NCBI GenBank assembly: GCA_963674735.2
Contig: CAXXQS010000001.1
Coordinates: forward strand, 224,001-288,000
Reading direction: 5' to 3'
Length of the DNA: 64,000 bases
Source of the DNA: Myxococcota bacterium
Lineage (GTDB): Bacteria; Myxococcota_A; SURF-8
The position numbers were made by a program, and so were the translations under genes. The notes beneath the pieces are model-generated. The model searched no databases. It saw only the letters and a program-made list of their open reading frames with translations, and was not told where the DNA came from. Shown piece after piece: positions 31,101-42,132 of this stretch. Each line of letters begins with the position of its first letter. Positions within the stretch are counted from its first letter, which is position 1.

Positions 31101-31859
31101 ATGAGCATTGCAGGTTTGCAGAAGGCCGCGGAACTGATGGCCAATTCTTCTTTCAGCGTAGCGCTGACCGGTGCCGGGTTGTCGGTGGATTCAGGCATTC
31201 CCGACTTTCGCAGTCCGGGGGGGATTTGGGAACGATGGGATCCCATGGAATTCGCGCACATCGACTCGTTTCGTCGGAATCCCGAGCGGGTGTGGGGGAT
31301 GATTCGGGAGATTCGGGCTCTAAAAAGCAATGCTCGTCCGAATCCGGGACACGAGGCCCTGGCGGAATTGGAACGTATGGGCAAGCTGAAGGGCGTCATT
31401 ACCCAGAACATCGATAACCTGCACCAGGAGGCCGGAAACGAGACCGTGGTGGAATTTCACGGCAATGCGCAGCGCTTGGTTTGCGTGTTCTGTGGTAAGC
31501 GATACGATGCAACGGAGGCGGGCGACCCCGCCTTGGGCGATCCACCGGTTTGCAGCTGTGGAAAAATCCTCAAACCGGATTTTATCTTTTTCGGCGAAGC
31601 CATCCCCCCTAACGCCTATTTGAAGTCGTTGGCCATGGTCGAAGAAGCCGAGGTGATGCTGCTGGTCGGCACCAGCGCGAAGGTGGCCCCGGCCAATATG
31701 CTGCCCGGTATCGCGGTCGGTTCCGGAGCCCGTCTGATCGAAGTGAATCTCGAACCCACCCATCTCACCCACGCCTATGGTTCCGTTCTGTTGCGAGGCG
31801 GCACCAGCGAGGTTCTGCCGCTGTTGGTGCAGGAGATCAAAGCGCTTATGAACCCGTAA
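31101..31859 (+). CDS. cobB: NAD-dependent protein deacylase (sirtuin)
   Basis: [26 protein letters not shown], CxxC...CxC zinc site, GTS. Confidence 0.93.
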   Translation: MSIAGLQKAAELMANSSFSVALTGAGLSVDSGIPDFRSPGGIWERWDPMEFAHIDSFRRNPERVWGMIREIRALKSNARPNPGHEALAELERMGKLKGVITQNIDNLHQEAGNETVVEFHGNAQRLVCVFCGKRYDATEAGDPALGDPPVCSCGKILKPDFIFFGEAIPPNAYLKSLAMVEEAEVMLLVGTSAKVAPANMLPGIAVGSGARLIEVNLEPTHLTHAYGSVLLRGGTSEVLPLLVQEIKALMNP

Positions 31860-31935
31860 CCCTCTCGTCATGCACACATTTCCACCAAACAAGATATAAC
31901 TCGCCCGGTGTGAAACTTGACTGCCGGGAAATGGC

Positions 31936-32901
31936 TTAGTCGAGGATGTAACGTCTCGGATTTTGAGGGATATTGTTGAGCCGCACTTCGTAATGCAAAT
32001 GCGGACCGGTCGAGCGACCCGTGTTACCGACGGCGGCGATGTGGTCGCCCCGGGCCACTTTGTCACCCACTTTGACCTTGAATGCGGATAGGTGGGCGTA
32101 GCGGGTGGTAAGGCCGTAACCGTGGTTAATGACGAGTACACGGCCATAGCCGTCGCGCTGACCGGTAAAAATCACCCTCCCGTCGGCGGGAGCGTAAACC
32201 GGGGTTCCGATGTTGTTCGCGATGTCGATGCCTTCGTGGAAAAGCTTGCTGCCCGTGAAGGGCGAGGTGCGATACCCGAAGCCCGAGGTCGTCCAGCCTT
32301 CGGAGGGCCGTACCGACGGAATGCGGGAGAGCATCATGTTTTGGTCTTCAAGGAAATTGCTCAGCTCGGCGAGCTCTTTTTCCCGCTCGGTGGAGGTTTC
32401 CAGCAGGCGATCGATTTCCTGGCTTAGGTCGGCCGATTCCAGGTTGTGGAGTTTCTCGGTCAATTTGAGCGCCAGAGCTTCGTTGACGCTTCCGGCGTTC
32501 CCGATGTTGGAGGCGGTTAATTCTTCGTGACTAAGCGGGCCGATACCGACCTTGCGCCGGTGATCGACGAAGTTGGTCATAATGCGCAGCTTACGGTCGA
32601 AACGCTCGATGCGGTCGAGATTGTTTTCGAGCAACAGCAGTTTGGTCTGAACTCCGGCTAGCCGGTTTTTGAGCTCCAGATTTTCGCGCAGGATATGGGT
32701 GTTTTCATCGCTGTAATTGGGCCGCCAGAACAAAATCGCCGACCAGGCGATGACGGTCAGCAGGACGAAAACGGATGCGAGAATTGTGCGTCGGATGGAA
32801 TTGTGGCGAATCTGGTAGTGCTTAGGTTCTTTGGAGTCGCTCGGCACCACGATGATGGTATACCGTTCTTCCCTCCGCTTAAGCAATGTGGCCAGTTTCA
32901 T
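31936..32901 (-). CDS. M23 family peptidase with N-terminal TM and coiled coil
   Basis: HEGID, YAHL, GNTGRSTGPHLHYEV. Confidence 0.93.
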   Translation of the reverse strand: MKLATLLKRREERYTIIVVPSDSKEPKHYQIRHNSIRRTILASVFVLLTVIAWSAILFWRPNYSDENTHILRENLELKNRLAGVQTKLLLLENNLDRIERFDRKLRIMTNFVDHRRKVGIGPLSHEELTASNIGNAGSVNEALALKLTEKLHNLESADLSQEIDRLLETSTEREKELAELSNFLEDQNMMLSRIPSVRPSEGWTTSGFGYRTSPFTGSKLFHEGIDIANNIGTPVYAPADGRVIFTGQRDGYGRVLVINHGYGLTTRYAHLSAFKVKVGDKVARGDHIAAVGNTGRSTGPHLHYEVRLNNIPQNPRRYILD

Positions 32902-33236
32902 GATGTTTTTTGATTCTGTCTAGTTTGAAAAATTGGATTGCTCTCCACCCTACGGTTGAGGCGGAGGATAAGTCACTATAGTTACTCGAATAAGTAGCAA
33001 AATCAAACTTTGTTGTCAACTCTTTTCGGCGTCCGCCATCTCCGAAGGCCCCTTGTTGAATTCGTACTGTATCCTTGATTGAGCCTCCGTGCCCGGATTT
33101 TCGAGACTCGAACGGCGTTGTGGGTTCCCGGGTATTCCGATTCGGAGGAAGGGGGAATTTGGGTGAAATTATTATCGGCTCGTAACGATCTCATGCTATA
33201 CTATCGGCCCGGAATATCGGGCAATATTGAGGACGT

Positions 33237-34313
33237 ATGGCAGTCAAAAATGTAAAGAGTACAAAGAATCCCGTTGAAGCGGCGACTGAGTCGATGCCGA
33301 ACGACGAGATGGAGAGCGGGATGGTGAGCGATGGCGACATCGTAGCCGGTCACGATCAGGAAGACGAGGAGGCGCAGCCGATCGAGGAGCCATCCGATGC
33401 GGCGACCTCCGCGCCGGGAACGGCGGTAGTGCTTAGTTCGGCGCGGTCCGTTGCGCGTACCGATCTGCTGCAACGCTACCTGATGGATGTTCGTCGCTAT
33501 CCCTTGCTGAGTCGCGAAGAAGAACACGATCTGGCGGTGAAATACGCGGAGACGCAGGATTCGCAATATGCGCATTTGCTCGTGACGTCGAATCTGCGGC
33601 TCGTGGTGAAAATCGCCAATGATTACCAGAAATACTGGATGAATTTGTTGGACCTCGTTCAGGAGGGTAACGTGGGCTTGATGCAGGCCGTCAAGCATTA
33701 CGACCCCTACCGGGGAGTCAAGCTCTCTTCTTATTCCTCCTTCTGGATCAAGGCCTATATTCTGAAATTCATCATCGACAACTGGTCGCTGGTCAAAATC
33801 GGGACCACCCAGGCGCAGCGCAAGCTGTTTTTCAACCTGAAAAAAGAGCATGAACGCTTCGCCCAGTTGGGATACGATCCCGATGCTTCACGCATCGCCA
33901 AGAGCCTGAATGTCAAGCAGGAAGTGGTGGAGGAGATGCAGCAACGCATGGCGGGGGGGGACTTGTCGCTGGATCAGCCCTTGGGGGATGATTCGGAGGA
34001 AAGCCACCTGGACATGCTGGCCGGCCGGGAGCAGGACATTTCCGATCATCTGGCGGACGTTGAGGTTCGGGATCTGTTCCGCAGCAAGATTGCATCCTTT
34101 CAGGAAAAGTTGGCCGAGAAGGAACGCTACATCTTCGAAAAACGATTGATGGCCGAGCAACCGGAAACGTTAAACCAGATCGGGGAACGCTTCGGAGTTT
34201 CGCGCGAACGGATTCGCCAGTTGGAAGAGCGTTTGATCAAGCGTCTGCGCGACTATTTTCGTGAAGAAGTTCCCGATTTGTCCGATTTTGCAGTAGAACG
34301 GCCCAAAGACTGA
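33237..34313 (+). CDS. rpoH: RNA polymerase sigma factor, RpoH/sigma-32 family
   Basis: SNLRLVVKIA, DLVQEGNVGLM, RpoH box VKIGTTQAQRKLFFNL, GVSRERIRQLE. Confidence 0.9.
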   Translation: MAVKNVKSTKNPVEAATESMPNDEMESGMVSDGDIVAGHDQEDEEAQPIEEPSDAATSAPGTAVVLSSARSVARTDLLQRYLMDVRRYPLLSREEEHDLAVKYAETQDSQYAHLLVTSNLRLVVKIANDYQKYWMNLLDLVQEGNVGLMQAVKHYDPYRGVKLSSYSSFWIKAYILKFIIDNWSLVKIGTTQAQRKLFFNLKKEHERFAQLGYDPDASRIAKSLNVKQEVVEEMQQRMAGGDLSLDQPLGDDSEESHLDMLAGREQDISDHLADVEVRDLFRSKIASFQEKLAEKERYIFEKRLMAEQPETLNQIGERFGVSRERIRQLEERLIKRLRDYFREEVPDLSDFAVERPKD

Positions 34314-34477
34314 GTGGGCCGGGGGATCTGATTTTTCAAAACCGAAACCGGGGGGACGAACCGGCCATTTTCCTTGCATGCCGGGTTCGTGGAAAGCATA
34401 ATCGGAGCGTCGATGCGCGAGTGACCGTGTTTCGACGTCTGCAAGCTGCCGCACATTTTTTGGGAGGAGAGTATACG

Positions 34478-37030
34478 ATGAATATTCGTCCATATAGCGT
34501 TCGGCCGTCGCTGCCCAAGCGCCTGTCCCCTCTGATGGACATCGCGAATAATCAATATTGGACCTGGATTCCCGAAGCCGTTCAGCTTTTTCAGCGCATC
34601 GATCTCGATTTGTGGGAGTCCAGCTACCACAATCCGACTTTGATGCTGGGACGTCTGAACCAGGATCGCTTTGCGGAGTTGCTTGGCGATGAAAGCTTTC
34701 TGGCCCACATGGACAACGTGGCGATCGAGTTGGAGGACTACCTGCACTCGACCACCTGGTACAGCCAACATGCCGATAGCAAGCCGAATATGCGGGTGTG
34801 TTATTTCTCCGCCGAATTCGGTCTGCACGAATCCTTGCCGATCTACTCCGGTGGTCTGGGGTTGCTGGCGGGCGATCATTTGAAATCGGCCAGCGATCTG
34901 GGGCTGCCGCTGACCGCCATCGGTCTGTTGTATCGCCAGGGTTACTTTCGGCAGTACCTCAATGCCGAGGGCTGGCAGCAGGAAACCTTTCCCGAACTCG
35001 ATTTCACCAACATGCCCCTCACGCTTCTCAAGGACGAAGAGGGGCGGCCGCTCAGTTTCCGGATTCCGGTGCTCGATCGGCAGGTGACGGCGCAGATCTG
35101 GCTGCTGCAGGTGGGGCGTATCGAGTTGTATTTGCTCGATACCAATACGGAGGAAAACCAGGAGGAAGACCGGCGCATTACCGATCAACTCTACGGGGGT
35201 GATTTGGAAATGCGCATCAAGCAGGAAATCCTGCTGGGTGTGGGCGGTATGCGGGCGCTAAAAACCCTGGGGATTGTCCCGACCGTCTGTCACATGAACG
35301 AAGGGCACTCGGCCTTTTTGGCCCTGGAGCGTATTCGCACCATTATCGAACAGCACGGAATGAGCTTCGCCGAGGCGGCCGAGCTGGTATCGGCGAGCAA
35401 TGTCTTTACCACCCATACCCCCGTTCCCGCCGGAAACGACATTTTCCCGGCGGATTTGGTGGAACGCTATTTCCACTCCTATTACAGCGAGCTGGGATTG
35501 GCCCGCGAACAGTTTCTGGGATTGGGTCGCCAGGATCCATTCGACCACCAGGAACCTTTCTGTATGACCGTGCTGGCCATGCGTTTGGCTGCTTCGCGAA
35601 ACGGCGTGTCGGAACTGCACGGCAGCGTGTCGCGCAATATGTGGAAGCGCATCTGGCCGGGCTTGCCGAACGAGGAAATTCCCATCGACCATATTACCAA
35701 CGGCGTGCATACCGCCGGTTGGGCCTCCAACGAACACGCGCAACTTTATTCGCGTTATCTGGGGCCGCGCTGGCGGTTGCTGTCGCAGGATGAACGAGCC
35801 TGGGCGGGGGTGGACCGCATCCCCGACGCCGAGCTTTGGCGGACGCATGAACGTCGTCGTGAACGGCTGGTGGCTTTTGCCCGTAAGCGCGTCGTGCAGC
35901 ATTTGTCGAATCGAGGCGCGCTGCAGTCCGACATCCGGCGGGCCAGCGAGATTCTCGACCCGGAGGCGTTGACCATCGGTTTTGCCCGGCGGTTCGCCAC
36001 CTACAAGCGTGGAGCCATGTTGCTGAGCGATTCTGCACGTCTGGAAAAGATTCTCAACGATCCCGATCGGCCGGTGCAGATCCTGTTTGCCGGAAAGGCG
36101 CACCCACGCGATCAACTTGGAAAAGAGGTCATCAAGCGGATCGTGCAAGCCGCCCGTGAACCGCGCTTCCGTAACCGGCTGGTGTTCTTGGAGGATTACG
36201 ATATCAACGTGGCGCATTACCTGGTGCAGGGGGTGGATGTATGGATCAACAATCCGCGCCGTCCCCTCGAAGCGTCGGGTACGAGCGGAATGAAGGTGTC
36301 CGTCAACGGCGGCCTCAACGTCAGCGTGTTGGACGGCTGGTGGGTGGAAGCCTATGCCGGGGATAACGGCTGGGCGATCGGAGCGGGCGAAGAGTACGCC
36401 GATCACGACTACCAGGACCAGGTGGAAAGCCGCGCCCTGTATGACCTGCTCGAAAAAGAAGTGGTTCCGATGTTCTACAACCGTGGACGCGACGGCTTGC
36501 CGCGTGACTGGATCGCCCATATGAAGGGCGCCATTCGCAGCATCGCTCCCAATTTCAGCACTCATCGGATGGTAAGCGACTATTTCGAGAAATTCTATGT
36601 TGCGGCCAGCCGGTCGCTGGACCGATTCTCGGCCGATAATTTCAAGGCTGCTCGTGAGTTGGCCGAGTGGAAGAACTCGATTCGCCGCCGCTGGATGCAT
36701 ATCGAAATTCAATCGGTGGAGGCCGGAGCTCCGGGCGATATGGCCGTCGGTGGGACTTTGCCGATCGAGGCGTCGCTAAGGCTCGGTGAGATCATGCCCA
36801 CCGAAGTGTCGGTGGAGGCTTACTACGGACGCCTTGATTCCACTGGGCAAATTCGCGACGGACGCACCTTGCCGTTGAAAATCCATAAAACCGAGGGCGA
36901 TGGCCGCTATCTTTTCGCAGGTCAGATTCCCCTCGATTACGCCGGACGCTGCGGCTATGCCGTGCGCGTGTTGCCCGTCCACCCGCTGATGGTCCAGCGT
37001 TTCGAGCCGGGACTGGTGTTGTGGGGCTGA
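34478..37030 (+). CDS. glgP: Alpha-glucan phosphorylase
   Basis: YSGGLGLLAGDHLK, HMNEGH, GFARRFATYKR, EASGTSGMK (PLP lysine). Confidence 0.97.
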   Translation: MNIRPYSVRPSLPKRLSPLMDIANNQYWTWIPEAVQLFQRIDLDLWESSYHNPTLMLGRLNQDRFAELLGDESFLAHMDNVAIELEDYLHSTTWYSQHADSKPNMRVCYFSAEFGLHESLPIYSGGLGLLAGDHLKSASDLGLPLTAIGLLYRQGYFRQYLNAEGWQQETFPELDFTNMPLTLLKDEEGRPLSFRIPVLDRQVTAQIWLLQVGRIELYLLDTNTEENQEEDRRITDQLYGGDLEMRIKQEILLGVGGMRALKTLGIVPTVCHMNEGHSAFLALERIRTIIEQHGMSFAEAAELVSASNVFTTHTPVPAGNDIFPADLVERYFHSYYSELGLAREQFLGLGRQDPFDHQEPFCMTVLAMRLAASRNGVSELHGSVSRNMWKRIWPGLPNEEIPIDHITNGVHTAGWASNEHAQLYSRYLGPRWRLLSQDERAWAGVDRIPDAELWRTHERRRERLVAFARKRVVQHLSNRGALQSDIRRASEILDPEALTIGFARRFATYKRGAMLLSDSARLEKILNDPDRPVQILFAGKAHPRDQLGKEVIKRIVQAAREPRFRNRLVFLEDYDINVAHYLVQGVDVWINNPRRPLEASGTSGMKVSVNGGLNVSVLDGWWVEAYAGDNGWAIGAGEEYADHDYQDQVESRALYDLLEKEVVPMFYNRGRDGLPRDWIAHMKGAIRSIAPNFSTHRMVSDYFEKFYVAASRSLDRFSADNFKAARELAEWKNSIRRRWMHIEIQSVEAGAPGDMAVGGTLPIEASLRLGEIMPTEVSVEAYYGRLDSTGQIRDGRTLPLKIHKTEGDGRYLFAGQIPLDYAGRCGYAVRVLPVHPLMVQRFEPGLVLWG

Positions 37031-37205
37031 AAAGAAGCGTAAAACGCATCTCGGAGGTCTGGCTGGGAAGAGAAAGCCGGGGTACTTAGTGGATTAACCT
37101 CAATGTAAAAAATGCCGGATCACCAAATGATTGCTTGACGAATGCCTTTTCATTGTGGTAACAAATCGTCAATAGGGTTTAGCTTTTTTCGGGGAGGTAA
37201 AGGTA

Positions 37206-37514
37206 ATGGCGACTGAAAAGAAGGCGATGACGAAGGCTCAGGTCGTGGCGTATTTCGCGGAAAAGTTTGAAATGCCCAAAAAGACCTCGGCGGCGATCCT
37301 GGAAGAATTGGCGGCTTTGGCTGCTAAAGAAACCAAGAAAGTCGGTGAGTTCACCATTCCGGGTATCGGCAAACTGAGCAAGACGAAGCGCAAGGCACGC
37401 AAGGGCCGCAATCCGGCTACCGGCGAAGCGATCAAAATTCCGGCCAAGACCGTCGTGAAACTGCGTGTTTCCAAGGCTTGCAAGGACGCTGTTGTTCCGC
37501 CGAAAAAGAAGTAA
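37206..37514 (+). CDS. HU-family DNA-binding protein
   Basis: MTKAQ, IPGIGK, RKARKGRNPATGEAIKIPAK. Confidence 0.95.
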   Translation: MATEKKAMTKAQVVAYFAEKFEMPKKTSAAILEELAALAAKETKKVGEFTIPGIGKLSKTKRKARKGRNPATGEAIKIPAKTVVKLRVSKACKDAVVPPKKK

Positions 37515-37532
37515 CACATTCTGTAGCAAGTG

Positions 37533-37560
37533 AAAAGGGACGGCTTCAGCCGTCCCTTTT
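37533..37560. terminator. Bidirectional intrinsic terminator
   Basis: AAAAGGGACGGC-TTCA-GCCGTCCCTTTT perfect stem between convergent genes. Confidence 0.88.
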
Positions 37561-37581
37561 AGCGTTTATGGCTTAAAAAAT

Positions 37582-38655
37582 TCAATCGCCCGATGTCGGC
37601 AGGACGATCCGCACGTAGAATTCGATCCAGCTCTGGCCGAGTTGGTTTTCAACGCCGTTGTCGCGCAGGATGCACCAAACCGGTACGAGGTTGGGATCGA
37701 CGCGCGGGTCCACGTTTTCCTGGCCGCTCTGGTTGGATTGGCCTTCGGCCGGGAATTGGTAAAAGGGCGGCTCCCAGGTTTGCTCGCGTTCGCGCCGACC
37801 GCCGAAATCGCCTTCCGTTGAAATCCACTGATAACGCACGGCCGTCTCCATATCGCCTTCATCCTCGGCGTCGAGGACGAAAACCAACGGTTCGGCCCGG
37901 CTGATGTCGTAGACGAACGGCTGGGCGGCCGCCGCCGCACGGCCTGCCGCGATGTCGTCGTGATAACTGGCAACAAAAACCACGTCGTTTTCGTCGGTGC
38001 CGCTGCGCACCGAAACCCGGTTGACGCGCGGATTACGGTTCATCTCGTCGCGTTGGCTGACAATCAGGGTGCGCAAGGCCATTTTCAGCGTGCCATCCGA
38101 AATGAGCGCTTCGATGTCGGCCAGGGCATTCTCCGGGTTGCTGAGGTCGGGCAGGGCGTCCGCATCGATACCCAGCAGCAGCGTCAAGACTTGCGGAGCC
38201 AGGCCGTTGTCATCGAAGGTGTAGGCCTGCGCATCGGGGACGGTGAAGGTGAAGCTGGGTCCGAAGCCGATATTGTCCATGTCGGCGCTGTCATCGAGTG
38301 CCGTCTCGCCGTCTTCGGAATCGAGGCTGCCTTCGCTGACGGTCGTTCCGGCAAAACCGCTGTTGCCCGGTGGCGAAAGCATCCAGAACTGCAGGGGCGG
38401 GGCGAGTGGACCCAGTTGATCGCCCATCAGGAAGGTGGCCGTTACCGTGTCGCCGGGCGCGGCTTCGGGCGGTTCCAGAATGATCGACAGGATTTCCGGT
38501 TTCATCAGCTTGGAAGTGGTGCCGTCTTCGAAGGTATCGCCGCAAGAAGCCGATGTCAGGAGTAGCGCTGAGCAGAGGATTACCGGCACGATCCATTTCT
38601 GTAAGAGATGAGATGTCGTCATAATCGTTGCCTTTGTCTTGTTTCGCCGATTCAT
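37582..38655 (-). CDS. Lipoprotein encoded downstream of the TonB-dependent receptor
   Basis: Lipobox SASC; AGGAGG RBS overlapping the receptor stop; ILSIILEPPEAAPG and ILRDNG motifs. Confidence 0.75.
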   Translation of the reverse strand: MNRRNKTKATIMTTSHLLQKWIVPVILCSALLLTSASCGDTFEDGTTSKLMKPEILSIILEPPEAAPGDTVTATFLMGDQLGPLAPPLQFWMLSPPGNSGFAGTTVSEGSLDSEDGETALDDSADMDNIGFGPSFTFTVPDAQAYTFDDNGLAPQVLTLLLGIDADALPDLSNPENALADIEALISDGTLKMALRTLIVSQRDEMNRNPRVNRVSVRSGTDENDVVFVASYHDDIAAGRAAAAAQPFVYDISRAEPLVFVLDAEDEGDMETAVRYQWISTEGDFGGRREREQTWEPPFYQFPAEGQSNQSGQENVDPRVDPNLVPVWCILRDNGVENQLGQSWIEFYVRIVLPTSGD

Positions 38656-38664
38656 CACCACCTC

Positions 38665-41121
38665 CTAAAATTCAGCCCGCAAACCGATGCTGGGTAAGAT
38701 GGGCAAATTTTTGAAATCCACGCGTTCCGAATAATCGTAATTGTAGTTCACCCCGATTGTGTTGGAACGGTAATACACGCTCTGGACATCCAGGTAGGTG
38801 GTCAGTTTCCAGGTGTTGAACACCCAGTCCTTATCCAGGCGGATATCGAGACGGTGATAGGGTTCGAAACGCTCCGACGATTTGTTTTGCTTGTCGTAAA
38901 TCGGCAGGAAGGTGCCGTTGTCGGCGTTCATGATGCTGCCGTTGATGTCGGTGTAGGGTTCGCCGGAGGTAAACTGGAAGCGTCCGCCGATACGCCAGGT
39001 TTTAAGGAACTGGTAAGAGGCCACGATCACCAGATTGTGCGTCTGATCCATATCGAAGAAGCGATACGGGGTGCCGGGGCCGTCGTTGCGCATGGCGCGT
39101 GAGACGCTGTAGCTGATCCAGCCGAAAAAGTTGTTGGCCATGTTGTGGCGCAGCATCACTTCACCGCCCACCACGTAACCCTTCGCGTTGTTGGCATAAA
39201 AATCATCCGGGTTACTGGGGTTTTCGTCGGCGTTGACCAATTTGTCCAGGTATTTATAGTATCCCTGTACGTCCAGCGACAGGAAGGGCAGGATGTCCCA
39301 TTCGAAACCCGCCACGGTATGGACGGCGCGCTCGTAGTCCAGGTTGTCGTTGCCGAAAGGTTCGAATACTTCATCCGGGTCGGGGATGCGTTGATAAAGA
39401 CCTACGGCCGTTTTGAGAGCTAATTGGTCGATAACCTGATAGCGCAGGTTGAGGCGTGGGCTGACGGCGTATTGGTCGATTTCGCTGTAATAATCCACGC
39501 GCAGGCCGGGGACGATGAGTACCGGGTCGAAGGCCAGTTCGTCGTAGATGTAGAATCCTACAAGCCAGTCCTGCCCGGTTTGATCGGTCTGGATTTTCTC
39601 ACTGTTGGAAAAAGAATAGTCGACGTCGCCTTCTTTGGGCGGGCGTGTGAGATTGGAACTGATATGGGCGGTTCGCGGCTCGATCTGGGCGCCGACGTGC
39701 AGGTTGTGGTTTGTCGAGAATTTGAAGGTCAGATCCTCGTATAGTTCGGGGACATACGAATCGAGGTTGAAGTAATACTCCTTGCCGATATAGGCTTTCA
39801 GACTTTGGAAGCGGAAGCCGGGCGAGAAGTCCGAACGGATGAAGTCGTCATCGTAGACGTAATGGGCGAAGACGCTGTGGAACATGGTCTCGAATCCGAT
39901 GTTGCCGGTGAATTCCGGTTCGCTGTCGTTGACCAGATTGCTGACCAGTTCCAGTTTATCGAGTCCGCCGTACCAATCGACGCTGACATAGTGATTTTTA
40001 TTGATCTGCCAGTCCCATTTGAACTGGTAGTCGTAATAAACGGGCAGGGTGGTGAAACTGAAATCGTCGCTGTCGGGCAGCACGGCCGGCAGAATGAGGT
40101 CGATCATCGAGCGGCGGAATGCGAAGGCGATGCCCATGTCGTCGATGATGGGGCCCTCCGCCAGAGCGGTGACGTCCAGCAGCGAGGTGTCGACGTAGCC
40201 GCCCCACTGGTCGAGTTTGGGGCGTTTGGTTTTGAGTTCCACGATTCCGCCGGTGGCATTGCCGAATTCGGCGCCAAAACCGCCCTGATACAGGCTGACT
40301 TCCTTGAGCAAGTCGGAATTGTATACCGACTTCAGACCGCCGAAGTGGAAAAGCTGGGGGATTTCATGGCCGTCGATGATGGTGCGACTGTCCTCGGCGT
40401 TGGATCCGCGAATGACCACGCCCTGGGAACTGGTTCCGCCGCGCGCCACGCCCGGCATGTTTTCGACCACCCGCACCGCGTCGCCGAGTGTTCCGGGGAT
40501 GACGGTCAATTCCTCGATGGAGATGGTTTTACGCGAGACTTCCTTCTTGATTTTCTTGCCGCGAACCACCACTTCCAGGTTTCCGTAAATTTTGGGTTCG
40601 AGGTAATACACCACTTCCACGGCCTCGCCCTCGACGATCGTCTCCTCGGTTTCGAAGTTTTCATAGTTCATCGAGGGTACAATGACGGCGTAGGTGCCGG
40701 TCGGCAGGCCGCGAAACTCGAAATAGGCGTTCTGATCGCTGGTGGCGCTGCGATCGGTGCCCTTGAGATAGACGGTGATATCGCTGAGCAGACGGCGTGT
40801 TCCGCGTTCTTTCAAAATGCCCGAGAAGTTGATAGTTCCCGGGAGGTCTTCGATTGGGGGCGCTGTCGCGTCGTCTTCGATTTCGACTTCCACGCCATCT
40901 TCATCAAGCGAGCCGTCCTCCCATTCGACGATGGGCTCGCTGTCGTCAACGGGGACGTCGGTCTCACTTCCGTCGGTCGCAGAAGCTTCGGCGGCGGGGG
41001 CCGAGTCGTCGGGAGTCTCCACCGGGATTGCGGATGGCTCCTGTGCCGCAACGGAGGCGGCCCAAAGCCAGCATCCGAATAAGACAGAAAGAGCGAGGAA
41101 TTTCAGTCGCGTCATGATCAT
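38665..41121 (-). CDS. TonB-dependent receptor with N-terminal carboxypeptidase-regulatory-like domain
   Basis: Plug motifs (ENMPGVAR, IRGS, IDG...FHFGG, GGFGAEFGNATGG), beta-barrel strands, C-terminal GLRAEF. Confidence 0.93.
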   Translation of the reverse strand: MIMTRLKFLALSVLFGCWLWAASVAAQEPSAIPVETPDDSAPAAEASATDGSETDVPVDDSEPIVEWEDGSLDEDGVEVEIEDDATAPPIEDLPGTINFSGILKERGTRRLLSDITVYLKGTDRSATSDQNAYFEFRGLPTGTYAVIVPSMNYENFETEETIVEGEAVEVVYYLEPKIYGNLEVVVRGKKIKKEVSRKTISIEELTVIPGTLGDAVRVVENMPGVARGGTSSQGVVIRGSNAEDSRTIIDGHEIPQLFHFGGLKSVYNSDLLKEVSLYQGGFGAEFGNATGGIVELKTKRPKLDQWGGYVDTSLLDVTALAEGPIIDDMGIAFAFRRSMIDLILPAVLPDSDDFSFTTLPVYYDYQFKWDWQINKNHYVSVDWYGGLDKLELVSNLVNDSEPEFTGNIGFETMFHSVFAHYVYDDDFIRSDFSPGFRFQSLKAYIGKEYYFNLDSYVPELYEDLTFKFSTNHNLHVGAQIEPRTAHISSNLTRPPKEGDVDYSFSNSEKIQTDQTGQDWLVGFYIYDELAFDPVLIVPGLRVDYYSEIDQYAVSPRLNLRYQVIDQLALKTAVGLYQRIPDPDEVFEPFGNDNLDYERAVHTVAGFEWDILPFLSLDVQGYYKYLDKLVNADENPSNPDDFYANNAKGYVVGGEVMLRHNMANNFFGWISYSVSRAMRNDGPGTPYRFFDMDQTHNLVIVASYQFLKTWRIGGRFQFTSGEPYTDINGSIMNADNGTFLPIYDKQNKSSERFEPYHRLDIRLDKDWVFNTWKLTTYLDVQSVYYRSNTIGVNYNYDYSERVDFKNLPILPSIGLRAEF

Positions 41122-41142
41122 GTTTTCCCCCAGCCGGATTGG

Positions 41143-41901
41143 CTAGTCTTCAAGCACGAATCGATAGGGTATGCGGAGTTTGACCGGAACCGGCGTGTTT
41201 CCTTTGAGTCCCGGTTTGAAGGAAGAACCGCGAACGGCGGCGACAGCCGCTTCGTCCAGTCCGTAACCGAGCTTTTTCAATATCCGGACTTTCAACACCT
41301 TACCCGTCTTCGAAATCAGCACTTCCAGTTCGACAACACCTTCGATTTCATTTCGCCGCGCTTCATCCGGATATTTGGGGATGGCGCGGTCCTTAAAAGA
41401 GGGAACACGCGAGAGCTCGTAAACTGGTACCGGGCGGATGCGTTTTTTTGCCGGAGGAAGGGTTTTTACGGCATTGGGATCGGTGTATTCTTTCTCCATT
41501 TCCTTGTTCAAGGTGTTCCCCACACGAACCGAAACACCGGAATCCCCAGTGGAAACACTATCTTTCGTGACACCGAAGACTTCCTTGGGTGGCTCGGTGG
41601 GCGGTTCCGGCGGCGGTGGCTCCACCTTGTTCGGTTTGGGGGGCGGTTTAATTTTCGGTTTTGGTTTTGGCTTGGGTTTTGGCTTCGGTTTTGGTTTGGG
41701 CTCGGGCTGCTTGACTTCCGGTTTCGGTTCCGGCGGTTTGGGTCGCTCCTGAATCGTGACACGGATGGTTTTGTATTGTTCCCGCTCATCGGGGATCAAT
41801 TCGGCCGAGACCGTGAGAAATCCGAAATGGATGACCAGCGAGGCCACGAACGGAATCCACAGAAAACTCCGTTTCCGTGATGTCCGCGAGATATGCAGCA
41901 T
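41143..41901 (-). CDS. tonB: Energy transducer TonB
   Basis: TM helix with SxxxH, (KP)n linker, PKYPDEARRNEIEGVVEL C-terminal domain. Confidence 0.93.
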   Translation of the reverse strand: MLHISRTSRKRSFLWIPFVASLVIHFGFLTVSAELIPDEREQYKTIRVTIQERPKPPEPKPEVKQPEPKPKPKPKPKPKPKPKIKPPPKPNKVEPPPPEPPTEPPKEVFGVTKDSVSTGDSGVSVRVGNTLNKEMEKEYTDPNAVKTLPPAKKRIRPVPVYELSRVPSFKDRAIPKYPDEARRNEIEGVVELEVLISKTGKVLKVRILKKLGYGLDEAAVAAVRGSSFKPGLKGNTPVPVKLRIPYRFVLED

Positions 41902-41946
41902 CTGATGTCGCCTTATTACAGCTTGAAGCTTTTTCCGCTGCCGGTT

Positions 41947-42132
41947 CTAGGTTGTATAAAACAGGATGATGGTCAAACAGTGGAACTCGTTATCGCTCGA
42001 CTGGCGGCACTCGGTATTGACGATCTTATACTGCGGGTGCTTGCCCAGCCACTCCGTAATCACGTTGCCCAGCGCCTCTCGTTCCTTGGCTTTTGTCGCC
42101 GAGAAAACCTTCACCCCAGTGTACTGGGTCAT
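41947..42132 (-). CDS. Small 61-aa protein
   Basis: GAGGAGG RBS; MTQYTGVKVFSATKAKEREALG...QSSDNEFHCLTIILFY, recalled as a myxobacterial conserved hypothetical family. Confidence 0.8.
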   Translation of the reverse strand: MTQYTGVKVFSATKAKEREALGNVITEWLGKHPQYKIVNTECRQSSDNEFHCLTIILFYTT

